Below are positions 46,681-56,674 of a stretch of DNA of 64,000 bases, piece after piece; within the stretch, counting starts at the first letter, position 1; each line of letters starts with the position of its first letter. The DNA is from a bacterium. GTDB lineage: Bacteria > Patescibacteriota > Microgenomatia > Woykebacterales > RBG-16-39-9b. A program made the position numbers and the translations under genes. The stretch is taken from positions 458,460 through 522,459 of the forward strand of contig JAUYID010000009.1 of NCBI GenBank assembly GCA_030704665.1, in the 5' to 3' direction. The notes under the pieces are model-generated. The model was not told the DNA's origin, ran no database searches, and saw only the letters and a list, made by a program, of their open reading frames with translations.

Positions 46681-48684
46681 TTAATCAAAACCGAGATCTT
46701 TTATTTTCTTATCCAGACTGTTTTGCAGAGAGGCGCTCAACTCTCTTCCCCCTCCTTGGAGCAATTTTTCGGCCCAAGCTCGTGCTTTCTTGATCAAAAT
46801 AGTATCAGTGAGAGAAGCTACCTTTAAATCCGGTAGCCCGGCTTGAAGCTGACCAAAGACCTGTCCTGGTCCGCGAAAGCTCAAGTCGGTCTCTGCTAGA
46901 GCAAAGCCGGAGGTCAGAGTTTCCATCTTTTTTAACCGTGCCAGGTTCTCTCCATCTGAGAAAAGTAAACAGAAAGACTGTCTCTCCCTCCGACCGACTC
47001 GCCCCCGAAGCTGATGCAGGCTTGCCAAACCAAAACGGTCCGCTCCTTCAATCAAAATTATCGTTGCGTTGGGAATATCAATACCAACTTCAACGACAGG
47101 AGTTGCTACCAGGATCTGGTCTTGGTTACTTCGGAAGCGATCCAAGACTTGACCCTTTTCTTTTGAGGACAGTTTGCCATGAAGAAGCCCGATCTCAAAC
47201 TCAGGAAAAATTTCCTCACTTAAAAAAGCAAACTCCTTTTTGACCGAACGGAGACTTTGAAGGGTTTCTGATTCCTCAATCAAAGGGCAGACGATAAAGG
47301 CCTGTTCGCCAGCTTTGATATGTTTGCGAATAAAATCATAGGCAGCGTCTCTCTTCTCTGGGCCGACCAAGCGTGTCTTGGCCACTTTTCTACCTGCCGG
47401 CAGGTCCTCCAAAACACTAACCTCCAGCTCTCCAAAAAAAATTAGCGCTAGAGTACGAGGAATTGGGGTCGCGCTTAGGGTTAAAACATTGGGTATTAGA
47501 GCCTTTTGCCGCAGTTTGCTGCGTTGTTCTACTCCGAAGCGGTGTTGTTCGTCAATGACGACCAAGCCGATTTCACTTTTTTTGAAGTCTAGATTCAGTA
47601 AGGCCTGAGTTCCTACCAAAACAGTGGCGGCAACTTTAGTTTTTTCGGCTCCAGTAGCTAGTCCAATCGAAAAAGGAGTCTTTGAAAAGACTGTTTCTAG
47701 GCTCCTGAAGTGCTGTTTAGCAAGGATTTCAGTTGGAGCCATAAAGATAGTTCTCTGCCCGTTGCTACCGGCCACAAAGGCAGCTAGGGCGGCCACGATT
47801 GTCTTTCCACTCCCAACCTCACCCTGCAAGAGCCTATTCATCGCTTGGGTTTTTCGAAGATCTGCCAAGATTTCCTTGGTGGCTTTCAGTTGCGAATTGG
47901 TTAGTTTAAAAGGCAGAGACTTTATCAACTTTTCAATTTCCTTTTCCGGAATTTCAAAAGCCGGTCTTTTTTGCTTTTCTTGATTTACTCTTTTTCTCTT
48001 TAAACTGGCGAGTTGTAGTAGGAACAATTCTTCGAAAGCAAAGCGCCTTTTGGCTCTTTTGGCAGCTTCTAAGGCCTTGGGAAAATGAATGTCTTTTAAG
48101 GCTTCAAGCAGAGTTGGAAGACCCTCTTTTTTCAAAATTGCTTCCGGCAAGGAGTCTAAAAGCTGCTCAGAAAAAGAGTCAAGAAGGAACTTTATCTTTT
48201 CCCGTAGCCACCTTGAATTTAAGCCCGCAGTTTGGGGATAAACCGGTACAAGAGGTGCAGTGTGCAGGACCACTTCTCTTTCAAGTTCCCAGGTTGGGCT
48301 GACAAAAGTGAGTTTACCTCGGTAGAGACTCACTTTTCCAGCAAGGTGGACTCTTGAAAGGTTTTTGAGCATTTTTTCCAAATAAGGTTGGTTGAACCAA
48401 ACTGCCTCAACACTACCACTTCCGTCATTTAAAAGCGCTGTAGTCAAAAACTTCCCAGCGTAAGTCCGAATTGTTTTGACTTGCCAAACTTGGGCCTCAA
48501 TACTCGCCTTTTGTTCCGGCTGCAAATTGGAAATGAGCTTTTTGTCCTGCAGATTTTCATAACGGCTGGGAAAATAAAAGAGCAGATCTGCTAGTGTTTT
48601 TATACCAAGCTTTTCAAGCAAAGAGGCGGTTTTGAAACCGATTTTTGGCAATTCTGTGACCGGACTTTGAAGAGAAAACTGCAT
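46681..48684 (-). CDS. recG: ATP-dependent DNA helicase RecG
   Basis: LLQGEVGSGKT, DEQHRFG, HQLRGRVGR. Confidence 0.95.
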   Translation of the reverse strand: MQFSLQSPVTELPKIGFKTASLLEKLGIKTLADLLFYFPSRYENLQDKKLISNLQPEQKASIEAQVWQVKTIRTYAGKFLTTALLNDGSGSVEAVWFNQPYLEKMLKNLSRVHLAGKVSLYRGKLTFVSPTWELEREVVLHTAPLVPVYPQTAGLNSRWLREKIKFLLDSFSEQLLDSLPEAILKKEGLPTLLEALKDIHFPKALEAAKRAKRRFAFEELFLLQLASLKRKRVNQEKQKRPAFEIPEKEIEKLIKSLPFKLTNSQLKATKEILADLRKTQAMNRLLQGEVGSGKTIVAALAAFVAGSNGQRTIFMAPTEILAKQHFRSLETVFSKTPFSIGLATGAEKTKVAATVLVGTQALLNLDFKKSEIGLVVIDEQHRFGVEQRSKLRQKALIPNVLTLSATPIPRTLALIFFGELEVSVLEDLPAGRKVAKTRLVGPEKRDAAYDFIRKHIKAGEQAFIVCPLIEESETLQSLRSVKKEFAFLSEEIFPEFEIGLLHGKLSSKEKGQVLDRFRSNQDQILVATPVVEVGIDIPNATIILIEGADRFGLASLHQLRGRVGRRERQSFCLLFSDGENLARLKKMETLTSGFALAETDLSFRGPGQVFGQLQAGLPDLKVASLTDTILIKKARAWAEKLLQGGGRELSASLQNSLDKKIKDLGFD

Positions 48685-48794
48685 CAGGAGCCGTAGTAAA
48701 GAGATTCTAGAAGGGGCAGAACCATCAAACTAAAAATAACTAAGATAGCAATTGCCGCCCAAATGGTTTTTTGGTGTTTTCGAATTAACTTCAC
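48684..48794 (-). CDS. 36-aa single-TM protein
   Basis: MKLIRKHQKTIWAAIAILVIFSLMVLPLLESLYYGS; GTGA overlap with tyrS stop, TGATG overlap with recG start. Confidence 0.65.
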   Translation of the reverse strand: MKLIRKHQKTIWAAIAILVIFSLMVLPLLESLYYGS

Positions 48795-50005
48795 TTTATT
48801 TTCCTCCAGCGAACGAGCAAAAAACCTCTTTTTCCCACCTTTAGAAAAGTTTGGTGCCCCTTGATTTGCAAATTCTCCAAAGGCAGACGATGAGGCTTGT
48901 TGTCGATCTCCACTCCACCTTGTTCGATCAAGCGCAGTGCAGCTGAGTTTGAGGGAGCCAATTTGGTTAGTTTGATGAGCTCTAGAACGCTCAGCGGTCC
49001 TCCTGGGAGATCCAAGGTGGTTTCCGGAGTGGTACTAGGAGCCTGTTTTTGGCGGAAGACTCGGTCAAACTCGTTTTGTGCCTCCAGTGCTTGTCTTTTT
49101 CCATAATATTTTTCCGTCAGAGTAGCCGCTAGTTTAAGTTTTAGATCCATAGGGTTGACAGCTTTCAAATTCAGTTGGGCAGCCACTTTTTGAATTTGCT
49201 TTTCGCTTTCGTTGGTGAGCCTGTTTAAATACTCGACAATGAGGTCATCACGCAAGGACATGATTTTGCCAAAGATATCGTTTGCCCCAGAATCGACGGG
49301 GACGATATTTCCGGCTGACTTGCTCATCTTTTTTCCGTCTAGCCCCGGAAGAAGGTGGGTCGTCAAAACAAATTTCTCCTTTTTTAAATAGGTTTTGACA
49401 AGTTGGCGGCCAACTAGCATATTAAAAGTTTGATCAGTACCCCCAATCTCAAGGTCTACTTTCATCGCCACTGAATCGTAACCCTGCATCAGGGGATAAA
49501 AAAACTCATGGAGGCTGATTGGGCGGTTTTGTTCTAAACGAGCCTGAAACATGTCCCTCTCAAGCATCTGTTGGACAGTGAGTTGCGAAGCAAGCTCAAT
49601 TAAATCTTTAAAGTTGACTTTATCAAGCCAGGCACTGTTGTATTTAATTTTAGCTGCCTTTCTTCCAGAAAAGGAGAGGATTTTACTTGCCTGTTTCTGG
49701 TAAGTTTTGGAGTTTTCCAAGACTTGATTGCGGGTGAGGGGAATTCTAGTCTTGTCTTTTCCGGTTGGGTCGCCGATCATGCCAGTGAAATCCCCGACTA
49801 GCAGGATCACCTCGTGACCTAGGTCTTGGAAAAGGCGAAGTTTTTCCAAAAGAATAGTGTGTCCCAAATGAATTTCTGGGCTTGAGGGATCAACTCCTAG
49901 GTAAACTCGAAGTTTCTTAGCTGACTTAAGTTGATTTTCCAAAGCTTGTGGGGAGGGGTAGATCGAGTCAACGTTGTCTTTTAGAAGTGAAGTTAGGTCT
50001 TTCAT
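48791..50005 (-). CDS. tyrS: Tyrosine-tRNA ligase
   Basis: HLGH, KMSKS, S4-like tail. Confidence 0.97.
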   Translation of the reverse strand: MKDLTSLLKDNVDSIYPSPQALENQLKSAKKLRVYLGVDPSSPEIHLGHTILLEKLRLFQDLGHEVILLVGDFTGMIGDPTGKDKTRIPLTRNQVLENSKTYQKQASKILSFSGRKAAKIKYNSAWLDKVNFKDLIELASQLTVQQMLERDMFQARLEQNRPISLHEFFYPLMQGYDSVAMKVDLEIGGTDQTFNMLVGRQLVKTYLKKEKFVLTTHLLPGLDGKKMSKSAGNIVPVDSGANDIFGKIMSLRDDLIVEYLNRLTNESEKQIQKVAAQLNLKAVNPMDLKLKLAATLTEKYYGKRQALEAQNEFDRVFRQKQAPSTTPETTLDLPGGPLSVLELIKLTKLAPSNSAALRLIEQGGVEIDNKPHRLPLENLQIKGHQTFLKVGKRGFLLVRWRKIK

Positions 50006-50066
50006 CGGTTCTTGAACTTGCTTGGAATACCATCTTACTTTAAAATTATGTTAAAATACAAGTCTT

Positions 50067-52589
50067 ATGAGTTATTCCTTGTTGCCTCCGCCGCCTCGTG
50101 GCTCATCTCGCCTTCTTTCGCGTCGACGGGCCTCACGTCGTAAAGTAAAAATATTGGGTGCTTTGGTCACGGCCTTGTTTCTTTTTTTTATTGTCTCAAT
50201 TCTGGGCGCGGTCATTGCCTTCGGGTTTTTTGCTCGTGATCTCCCCTCCCCGGGCAAACTTACTGACCGCACTGTTGACCAGTCAACCAAGATTTTTGAT
50301 CGCCACCACGTACTACTCTACGATGTTTACGGAGAACAAAATCGAACTTTGGTTACCCTCGATAAAATTCCCAAAACGTTGAAAGACGCCACAATTGCTA
50401 TAGAAGATAAAAATTTCTACAAGCACCGCGGCTTTGACGTTGCGGGGTACCTGCGTTCTTTCAAAGAAATAATTGTCGATCACAAGTTGACAGGAGGCTC
50501 GACGATCACCCAACAGCTTGTTAAAAAAGCCCTTCTTTCCGACGAGAGAACGGTGACAAGAAAAATTAAAGAGTTTATTCTTGCTACTCAGATCGAGAGA
50601 CGCTACAGTAAAGATGAGATTTTGCAACTCTATTTGAATGAAATTCCCTATGGAGGGACCGCTTGGGGTGTGGAGGCCGCCTCAGACCAATATTTTGGCA
50701 AGCATGCCTCTGAGCTCAATCTAACTGAATCAGCTATTTTGGCCGGCTTACCACAACTACCCAGTGCCTACTCCCCTTTTGGACCAGATCCAAAGGCTTA
50801 CATCAACCGTTCCAAAGAGGTCCTGCGTCGAATGCGTGAAGACAATTATATCGATGCTGACCAAGAAAAGAAGGCAATTGAAGAGTTACCAAAAGTAAAG
50901 TTCGCCAAATTTGGTCAAGGTATCAAGGCACCCCACTTCTCTCTCTTCGTCAAAAAACTACTGGAGGAAAAATACGGTGAACAAAGAGTTCTTGAAGGGG
51001 GTTTGCAAGTCACCACGACTTTGGATCTTAAAACCCAAAATATGGCTCAAAAAGTAGTTAGGGATACCGTCAAGGCTCAAAAAAATCTATTCGTTGGCAA
51101 CGGAGCCGCCGTGGTTCAGGAAACCAAGACCGGACAGGTACTGGCTCTAGTTGGTTCCAAAGACTATTTCGCCAAAGATATTCAAGGAAATTATGATGTT
51201 GCAACCCAAGGCTTGCGCCAGCCAGGTTCTGCTTTGAAACCTTTCAACTATCTAACTGGCTTTGAAAAAGGTTTTACTCCTGCGACCATGTTTATTGATG
51301 AAAGAACAAACTTTGGTGGAGGGTACACTCCTGTCAACTACGACGGACGTTTCCGAGGGCCAATTTCGGTGCGTAATGCTTTAGGAAGCTCTTACAACAT
51401 TCCAGCTGTCAAGATGTTGGGGGTAAACGGTGTCGAAGACTTTGTCAAAACCCTGCAGGATTTTGGTATTACCACTTTGAACAACCCCTCCCAGTATGGA
51501 CTTTCGTTGACTTTGGGAGGAGGGGCAGTCCGCCTTTATGAGCTGACCAACGCCTACTCAATTTTGGGTAACCTTGGTAAAAGTGTCTCTCCAACGGTGA
51601 TTTTGAAAGTTGCCGATTCCGAAGGTAACGTCTTGGAAGAGTACAAAAACCATGAGGGTCGGCAGGTTGTAGCCCCGGAACATGCCTACTTGGTAGACCA
51701 CATTCTTTCTGACAAAACAGCCAAATTTAGTGCTTTTGGAAGTTACGCCAACTTTTTGAACTTCAAACCAAACATTGCTGTTAAAACCGGAACTTCAGAC
51801 AACAAAGTCGACAACTGGGCCTTTGGTACCACTACTTCCTATACCGTGGGGACCTGGGTCGGCAACAACGACAACTCACCACTTAATCCCCGTCTTGCCT
51901 CAGGTATCACCGGGGCTTCTCCAATGTGGCACGATATTATGGCCAAAGTTCTTGACAGCAACCCCTTGAAAAGAAACACGACGGAAACCTTCACTCGTCC
52001 TGCTGGGGTAGTGACCGCCAAAGTCGATGCCCTCTCAGGGATGAAACCAGGACCTTACACAACTCAAACCCGCAGCGAGGTCTTTACCAAGTGGCAAGTG
52101 CCAACTCAGGAAGACGATATGCACCTCAAGATCCGGATTTGTAAACCTTCTGGACTCCTTGCTTCCCCTGCCTGTGAGGCGGCCGGTCAGGCTCAGAATA
52201 AACTTTACACTGTCCTCTATGACCCCTACACCAAGCTTTTCAAGCCAGGCTATAAAAAATGCTCTCCTTGCCCCCCAACAAAGGTTGATACTTCAGTTGA
52301 CGGTTCCGAGAGACCGACAGTGGAAATTACTTCGCCTGCCGACGGGAGTAACTTTTTGCTGGGAAGTTTTGACGTGACTGCGACTGTTACAACTCCCGCG
52401 GGGACAACAATTATCGATGTTAGGGCCTATTTGGACGATGATCCGAGTCCTATTGCCTCATACTCATCGGACCCGTACAGCTTTCATTACAGTGGGGTTA
52501 GCAATGGTAATCACACGGTAAAAATTGTTGCCTTTGCTAGCGATGGCACAACTGGGGAAGATTTGATCGATGTTGACATTGGACCCTAA
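50067..52589 (+). CDS. Class A penicillin-binding protein (PBP1A) with C-terminal Ig-like domain
   Basis: EDKNFY, GGSTITQQ, SALK, SYN, KTG. Confidence 0.93.
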   Translation: MSYSLLPPPPRGSSRLLSRRRASRRKVKILGALVTALFLFFIVSILGAVIAFGFFARDLPSPGKLTDRTVDQSTKIFDRHHVLLYDVYGEQNRTLVTLDKIPKTLKDATIAIEDKNFYKHRGFDVAGYLRSFKEIIVDHKLTGGSTITQQLVKKALLSDERTVTRKIKEFILATQIERRYSKDEILQLYLNEIPYGGTAWGVEAASDQYFGKHASELNLTESAILAGLPQLPSAYSPFGPDPKAYINRSKEVLRRMREDNYIDADQEKKAIEELPKVKFAKFGQGIKAPHFSLFVKKLLEEKYGEQRVLEGGLQVTTTLDLKTQNMAQKVVRDTVKAQKNLFVGNGAAVVQETKTGQVLALVGSKDYFAKDIQGNYDVATQGLRQPGSALKPFNYLTGFEKGFTPATMFIDERTNFGGGYTPVNYDGRFRGPISVRNALGSSYNIPAVKMLGVNGVEDFVKTLQDFGITTLNNPSQYGLSLTLGGGAVRLYELTNAYSILGNLGKSVSPTVILKVADSEGNVLEEYKNHEGRQVVAPEHAYLVDHILSDKTAKFSAFGSYANFLNFKPNIAVKTGTSDNKVDNWAFGTTTSYTVGTWVGNNDNSPLNPRLASGITGASPMWHDIMAKVLDSNPLKRNTTETFTRPAGVVTAKVDALSGMKPGPYTTQTRSEVFTKWQVPTQEDDMHLKIRICKPSGLLASPACEAAGQAQNKLYTVLYDPYTKLFKPGYKKCSPCPPTKVDTSVDGSERPTVEITSPADGSNFLLGSFDVTATVTTPAGTTIIDVRAYLDDDPSPIASYSSDPYSFHYSGVSNGNHTVKIVAFASDGTTGEDLIDVDIGP

Positions 52590-54556
52590 GAAGTCCGGAT
52601 TTTGGCCTGAAGAGATTTTTCCAGTTTTCTACTGAGTTGCTTTCTTACTTTACTTACCTCCTGATCAGTTAGGGTTCTATCTTTGGCTTGGTAAGTGATC
52701 CGAACTGCAACAGATTTTCTTTCTTTTTCTTCAAAAATATCAAAAACTTCTACTTCTTTGATTAGGTTGTTGCTACGGATTACTTTAAGAACTTCTCCTG
52801 CCGGTACCTCCTTGCTAATAAACATTGAAAGGTCCTCAATGATCGGCGGGAATTTTTCCAAAGCTTCATAATGATAGGAGAACGGCAGTCGTGCCAAATT
52901 TTCCAGGTAAACGGTGCCTCCAATCAGGGGTGAGCCGATTTCAAAGTTTTTCAAAATGTCTGCATTGACCGAGCCCACCTCAGACACAAGCATCTTGCCG
53001 ATTTCGAAGCTTACTTTGGAACTAAAAATGCCGTCCTTGGTCAACCTCTCGGTGGACTGACCCGCGTTGTTGAGGAGATCTTTTAGGGCGCCTTTTGCTT
53101 TTAGAAAAGAATTGGTGGTGACGAAACTTAAGATCTTAGGTTGGTTTGGCAAAGCCTCTCCAGAAGCAAAAACGCGCCCAATCTCAAAAAAAGAAATTTC
53201 CTTTTCACTGCGCTGGTTTTTCTCGACCGCAGCGAACAGCTCCGGCAATAGACTCGGACGCAGATATTCAAAGTCCTCACTCATGGGATTATCTACCTTT
53301 AAGACTTCCGAGAGGTCAAATTTTGCTTGCTTGAGCTTAGAAGGGCTTAAAAGTGTGTAGGTCATAGTTTGGTTGTATCCAGAGGCCTTAAACCTTTCTA
53401 CTAAACAGCCTTCCCAGTCGAATTCGAAAGCGTCGGGGTGTGTTGGAGGCTCTCCTCTAGGTAGAGCTTTGGGAAAGAAATTGTAACCCCAAATTCGGCC
53501 TATCTCTTCGACCAAATCAATACTTTGCTCAATATCAGTGCGCCAGCTCGGAACAATTACATTTAAAGTCTCCTCTTTGAAAGGGTCTTCACTGACTTGA
53601 AAACCCAGTGAAGAGAGAATATTGACTATAGCAGTCGTTTTAATCTCAATTCCCAAGTTCTTTTCTACCTCAAGTAAATTAAAGCTGATTTTTGTTTCCT
53701 TCTCAGGGACAAGGCTTTTCGGCTCGCTTGCCAAAGTTGCGCCTGTGGTTTCGTTTAAGAGCTTGACCGCTCTCTCAAAAGCTCTTAGGTGCCCTGCTGG
53801 ATCAAGTTTTTTTTCAAAACGATTGGAAGCTTCAGTGCGCAGACCTAGGTTTTGACTGGTACGGCGGATTGCAACAGGATCATAAATTGGAACGTGCAGA
53901 AAAACCCGCTTCGTCCCTTCATCAATTTCAGAGTTTTCACCACCCATGATGCCAGCCAAATCAATCAGCTTTTTCGAATCCTCAATGATTATTGAGCCTG
54001 CCTTTAGTTTCCTTTCGATTCCATCTAGAGTTTTGACGCTTTCCCCTTCTTTGGCAGCTCGCAGAAAAATCTCTCCTTCAACTTTATCGAAATCAAAAGC
54101 GTGCATGGGCTGGCCAGTTTCGTGCATGACGTAGTTGGTCACATCAACGACATTGTTGAGTGGGCGTATTCCGACTAGTTTCAGTCTTTCTGCAAGCCAG
54201 GTTGGAGAAGGCCCAATGGAGATGTTTTCGATCAGCCCATAAGTATAGTAAGGACAGAGTTTTTTGTCCAAAATTTTTAAGCTGGGCGCAGCACCAAGTT
54301 TTTTGGGAGGTAGCAAGAATTCTGTTTCTAGGGCTAGCAAGTCCTGCTTGGTTACGACTGCAATCTCTCGTGCAACACCGTAAATTGAGAGGGTGTCAGG
54401 GCGATTGGAAGTTATTTCCAGATTGAAAACAGTTTCCCCGTTTGCCTTTTGAATCTCCTCAACCTTAGTACCAGAAAGAAGAAGCTTCTCGGCAAGTTTT
54501 TCCGGAGAAGTTGTGATTTTTGTATATTCCTTAAGCCAAGAAAGTGGAGCCAACAT
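52586..54556 (-). CDS. pheT: Phenylalanine-tRNA ligase beta subunit (short form)
   Basis: NRPD, B3/4, R.DI..DLVEEI; lacks OB (B2) domain. Confidence 0.95.
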   Translation of the reverse strand: MLAPLSWLKEYTKITTSPEKLAEKLLLSGTKVEEIQKANGETVFNLEITSNRPDTLSIYGVAREIAVVTKQDLLALETEFLLPPKKLGAAPSLKILDKKLCPYYTYGLIENISIGPSPTWLAERLKLVGIRPLNNVVDVTNYVMHETGQPMHAFDFDKVEGEIFLRAAKEGESVKTLDGIERKLKAGSIIIEDSKKLIDLAGIMGGENSEIDEGTKRVFLHVPIYDPVAIRRTSQNLGLRTEASNRFEKKLDPAGHLRAFERAVKLLNETTGATLASEPKSLVPEKETKISFNLLEVEKNLGIEIKTTAIVNILSSLGFQVSEDPFKEETLNVIVPSWRTDIEQSIDLVEEIGRIWGYNFFPKALPRGEPPTHPDAFEFDWEGCLVERFKASGYNQTMTYTLLSPSKLKQAKFDLSEVLKVDNPMSEDFEYLRPSLLPELFAAVEKNQRSEKEISFFEIGRVFASGEALPNQPKILSFVTTNSFLKAKGALKDLLNNAGQSTERLTKDGIFSSKVSFEIGKMLVSEVGSVNADILKNFEIGSPLIGGTVYLENLARLPFSYHYEALEKFPPIIEDLSMFISKEVPAGEVLKVIRSNNLIKEVEVFDIFEEKERKSVAVRITYQAKDRTLTDQEVSKVRKQLSRKLEKSLQAKIRTS

Positions 54557-54566
54557 AGAATAAAAA

Positions 54567-55553
54567 TCAAAATTGCTTTAAAAAGCGCAAATCACTACTA
54601 TAAAACAAACGAATGTCCTCGATTCCGTATTTGAGCATGGCAATGCGTTCCGGACCCATTCCAAAGGCCCAGCCACGGTATTTCTTGGGATCATGGCCGG
54701 TATTTTTGATGACTTCGGGATGAACCATGCCTGCTCCTAATATCTCCAGCCATTTGTTTCCTTTGTAAAGAACCTCAACCTCAATCGAAGGCTCGGTGTA
54801 GGGAAAGTGATGGCCGTAAACGCGAATTTTGGTTTCTTCACCAAAAAGTCGGCGAGCAAAAAAATCCAACACCCCAATTAAATCAGTCATTTTGGCATTT
54901 TGGTCAACTAGTAGACCTTCTAATTGCAAAAAACCTGGTAAGTGAGTTGCATCAATTGCTTCCCGACGGTAAACCCGCCCGGGAAAGAGGACCCGAACCG
55001 GTGGCTTGTGCCTTTCTAAATAGCGGGCTTGCATTGATGAAGTGTGAGTTCGCAAAAGGTTTTTTCCAACGTAGTAGGTTTGTTGTGTGTCCCGAGCCGG
55101 ATGGTCGGGGTGGAGACGCAGTTTTTGAAAATTGTACTCGTCAGTTTCTACCTCTGGTCCGTCAACCCAAGAGAAACCCAAGTATTTAAAAATTTCCTTA
55201 ATTTCCTCAATTACCAACAAAGCGGGATGAGAATGCCCTGTTTTTGGCTTTTCTCCCGGCAGACTAGGGTCAAAAGTTGAGATAGGGGAAGTTTTGTTTT
55301 TTTGAACCTTTGCTGCGGGTGAAGACTCCTTTTGTAAAAGAGCCTCTTCTACTTCTTTTTTTAACTTGTTAAGATCAGGAACTAATTTTCTTTTTTCCGC
55401 CAGAGAAAGTTTGGGAATTTCTTTGAAAAGGTCAGTAAGCAAGCCTTGCTTGCGACCAAGAAATTTAACTCGTAGCTTCTCGATTTCTTCAACCGAATTG
55501 GCAAGCTCAAGTTCTGCGAAAAATTCCTTTTTTATTTTGTCCAGAGACATCAT
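54567..55553 (-). CDS. pheS: Phenylalanine-tRNA ligase alpha subunit
   Basis: LLRTHTS, FPYTEPS, AFGMG.ERIAM. Confidence 0.97.
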   Translation of the reverse strand: MMSLDKIKKEFFAELELANSVEEIEKLRVKFLGRKQGLLTDLFKEIPKLSLAEKRKLVPDLNKLKKEVEEALLQKESSPAAKVQKNKTSPISTFDPSLPGEKPKTGHSHPALLVIEEIKEIFKYLGFSWVDGPEVETDEYNFQKLRLHPDHPARDTQQTYYVGKNLLRTHTSSMQARYLERHKPPVRVLFPGRVYRREAIDATHLPGFLQLEGLLVDQNAKMTDLIGVLDFFARRLFGEETKIRVYGHHFPYTEPSIEVEVLYKGNKWLEILGAGMVHPEVIKNTGHDPKKYRGWAFGMGPERIAMLKYGIEDIRLFYSSDLRFLKQF

Positions 55554-55584
55554 ATTTTAGAATATCACAATCGTTTTCTAAACC

Positions 55585-55855
55585 ACAAAAAAAGCCCTCA
55601 ATCCATCGGGACGAGGACTCCTCGCTTCTACCACCCGATTTCCCCTCACCTCAATTGGTGGGGACACTTAGTACTCTGCTCCGCCTAAAAAGGACGGACG
55701 ATTTACTTTGGGTCTTTGACGGGACCTTCCGTCGAAGCCTTGTCAACTTCGCGACTCGGGAGTGAACAGCGTCTTCTTGTTTATCCCCTTCCTCGTCTAA
55801 GCGGGACTCTCAGGAAACAAGAAATAGAACACCACTTCTCTTTCATTGTCTTTGG
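55585..55855 (-). promoter_or_regulatory. T-box riboswitch (Phe specifier UUC)
   Basis: Stem I with TTC at 55766-55764; antiterminator ATCGGGTGGTAGAAGCG..CGTCCCGAT; terminator with U7; promoter TTGACA-17-TAGAAT. Confidence 0.85.
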
Positions 55856-55909
55856 TTTTTTAAGTTGTTGAAAGCGATTCTACCTTGAGAAGAAAAAAGT
55901 GTCAAGAAA

Positions 55910-55985
55910 AGAAAATGGCCCCTTGATGGGAAGCTTACGCCTGCCCTACATAAGCTTCCCACCAAAAGGCCAAAATCAAATTGTG
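55910..55985 (-). ncRNA. Possible stand-alone hairpin sRNA
   Basis: TTGACA-17-TATACT promoter followed only by a long hairpin (55917-55971) and a U-rich tail. Confidence 0.4.
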
Positions 55986-56060
55986 AACAGAGTATAGCAT
56001 AAATAGGTCTTTTTGTCAAGACTATGGGGCTAAAAAATAACTATGCTATAGGGTTTGAAG

Positions 56061-56411
56061 TTATTTGCCTAAAACTTTTTCGACCACTTTTTTGAAAGTA
56101 CTCGGATCGTTGGCAGCAATATTAGCCAAAGTTTTTCGGTCAAGCTCCACTTTGGCCTCTTTAAGAGCTTTTAAAAAGTTCGAGTAGTTGGTTTGTGTTT
56201 CAGTCAAGGCAGCGCTAATAGTGCTAATCCAACTAGTACGAAAATCGCGTCTTCTCAGTCTTCTTCCGGCGTAGGCGTACGCTCCAGCGTGCATCGAAGC
56301 TTCCTTGGCAACTCTAAAAAGTCTATTTTTTGCCCCACGATAACCTTTGGTCGATTTGAGGACCTTCTTGTGACTTAATTTTCGTGTTACTCCTCTTTTT
56401 ACTCTAGCCAT
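56061..56411 (-). CDS. rplT: 50S ribosomal protein L20
   Basis: MARVKRG..KGYRG..WI. Confidence 0.97.
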   Translation of the reverse strand: MARVKRGVTRKLSHKKVLKSTKGYRGAKNRLFRVAKEASMHAGAYAYAGRRLRRRDFRTSWISTISAALTETQTNYSNFLKALKEAKVELDRKTLANIAANDPSTFKKVVEKVLGK

Positions 56412-56417
56412 GATGAT

Positions 56418-56618
56418 TTATTTTCCCAAAAGTCTGGTTATGCTGATTTTGTCTTTGCCAGTTACTTCAGCAGGCTCACCTTGACGGCGTAGTCTGGCAC
56501 TGTTTTTCGAATCTTTAAGATGGGAAGAATAACCGTGCCTGCGCATCACTTTTCCGGTTGCAGTGAGATTGAAGCGTTTCTTCGCACCTTTTTTTGTTTT
56601 AACTTTGTTTGCCATCAT
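56418..56618 (-). CDS. rpmI: 50S ribosomal protein L35
   Basis: KTKKGAKKRF..TGKV. Confidence 0.93.
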   Translation of the reverse strand: MMANKVKTKKGAKKRFNLTATGKVMRRHGYSSHLKDSKNSARLRRQGEPAEVTGKDKISITRLLGK

Positions 56619-56674
56619 TTATACCTATATTTTCAGCAAAGATTGCATTCTTTGCCTACTTTGTTTTTCATGAT

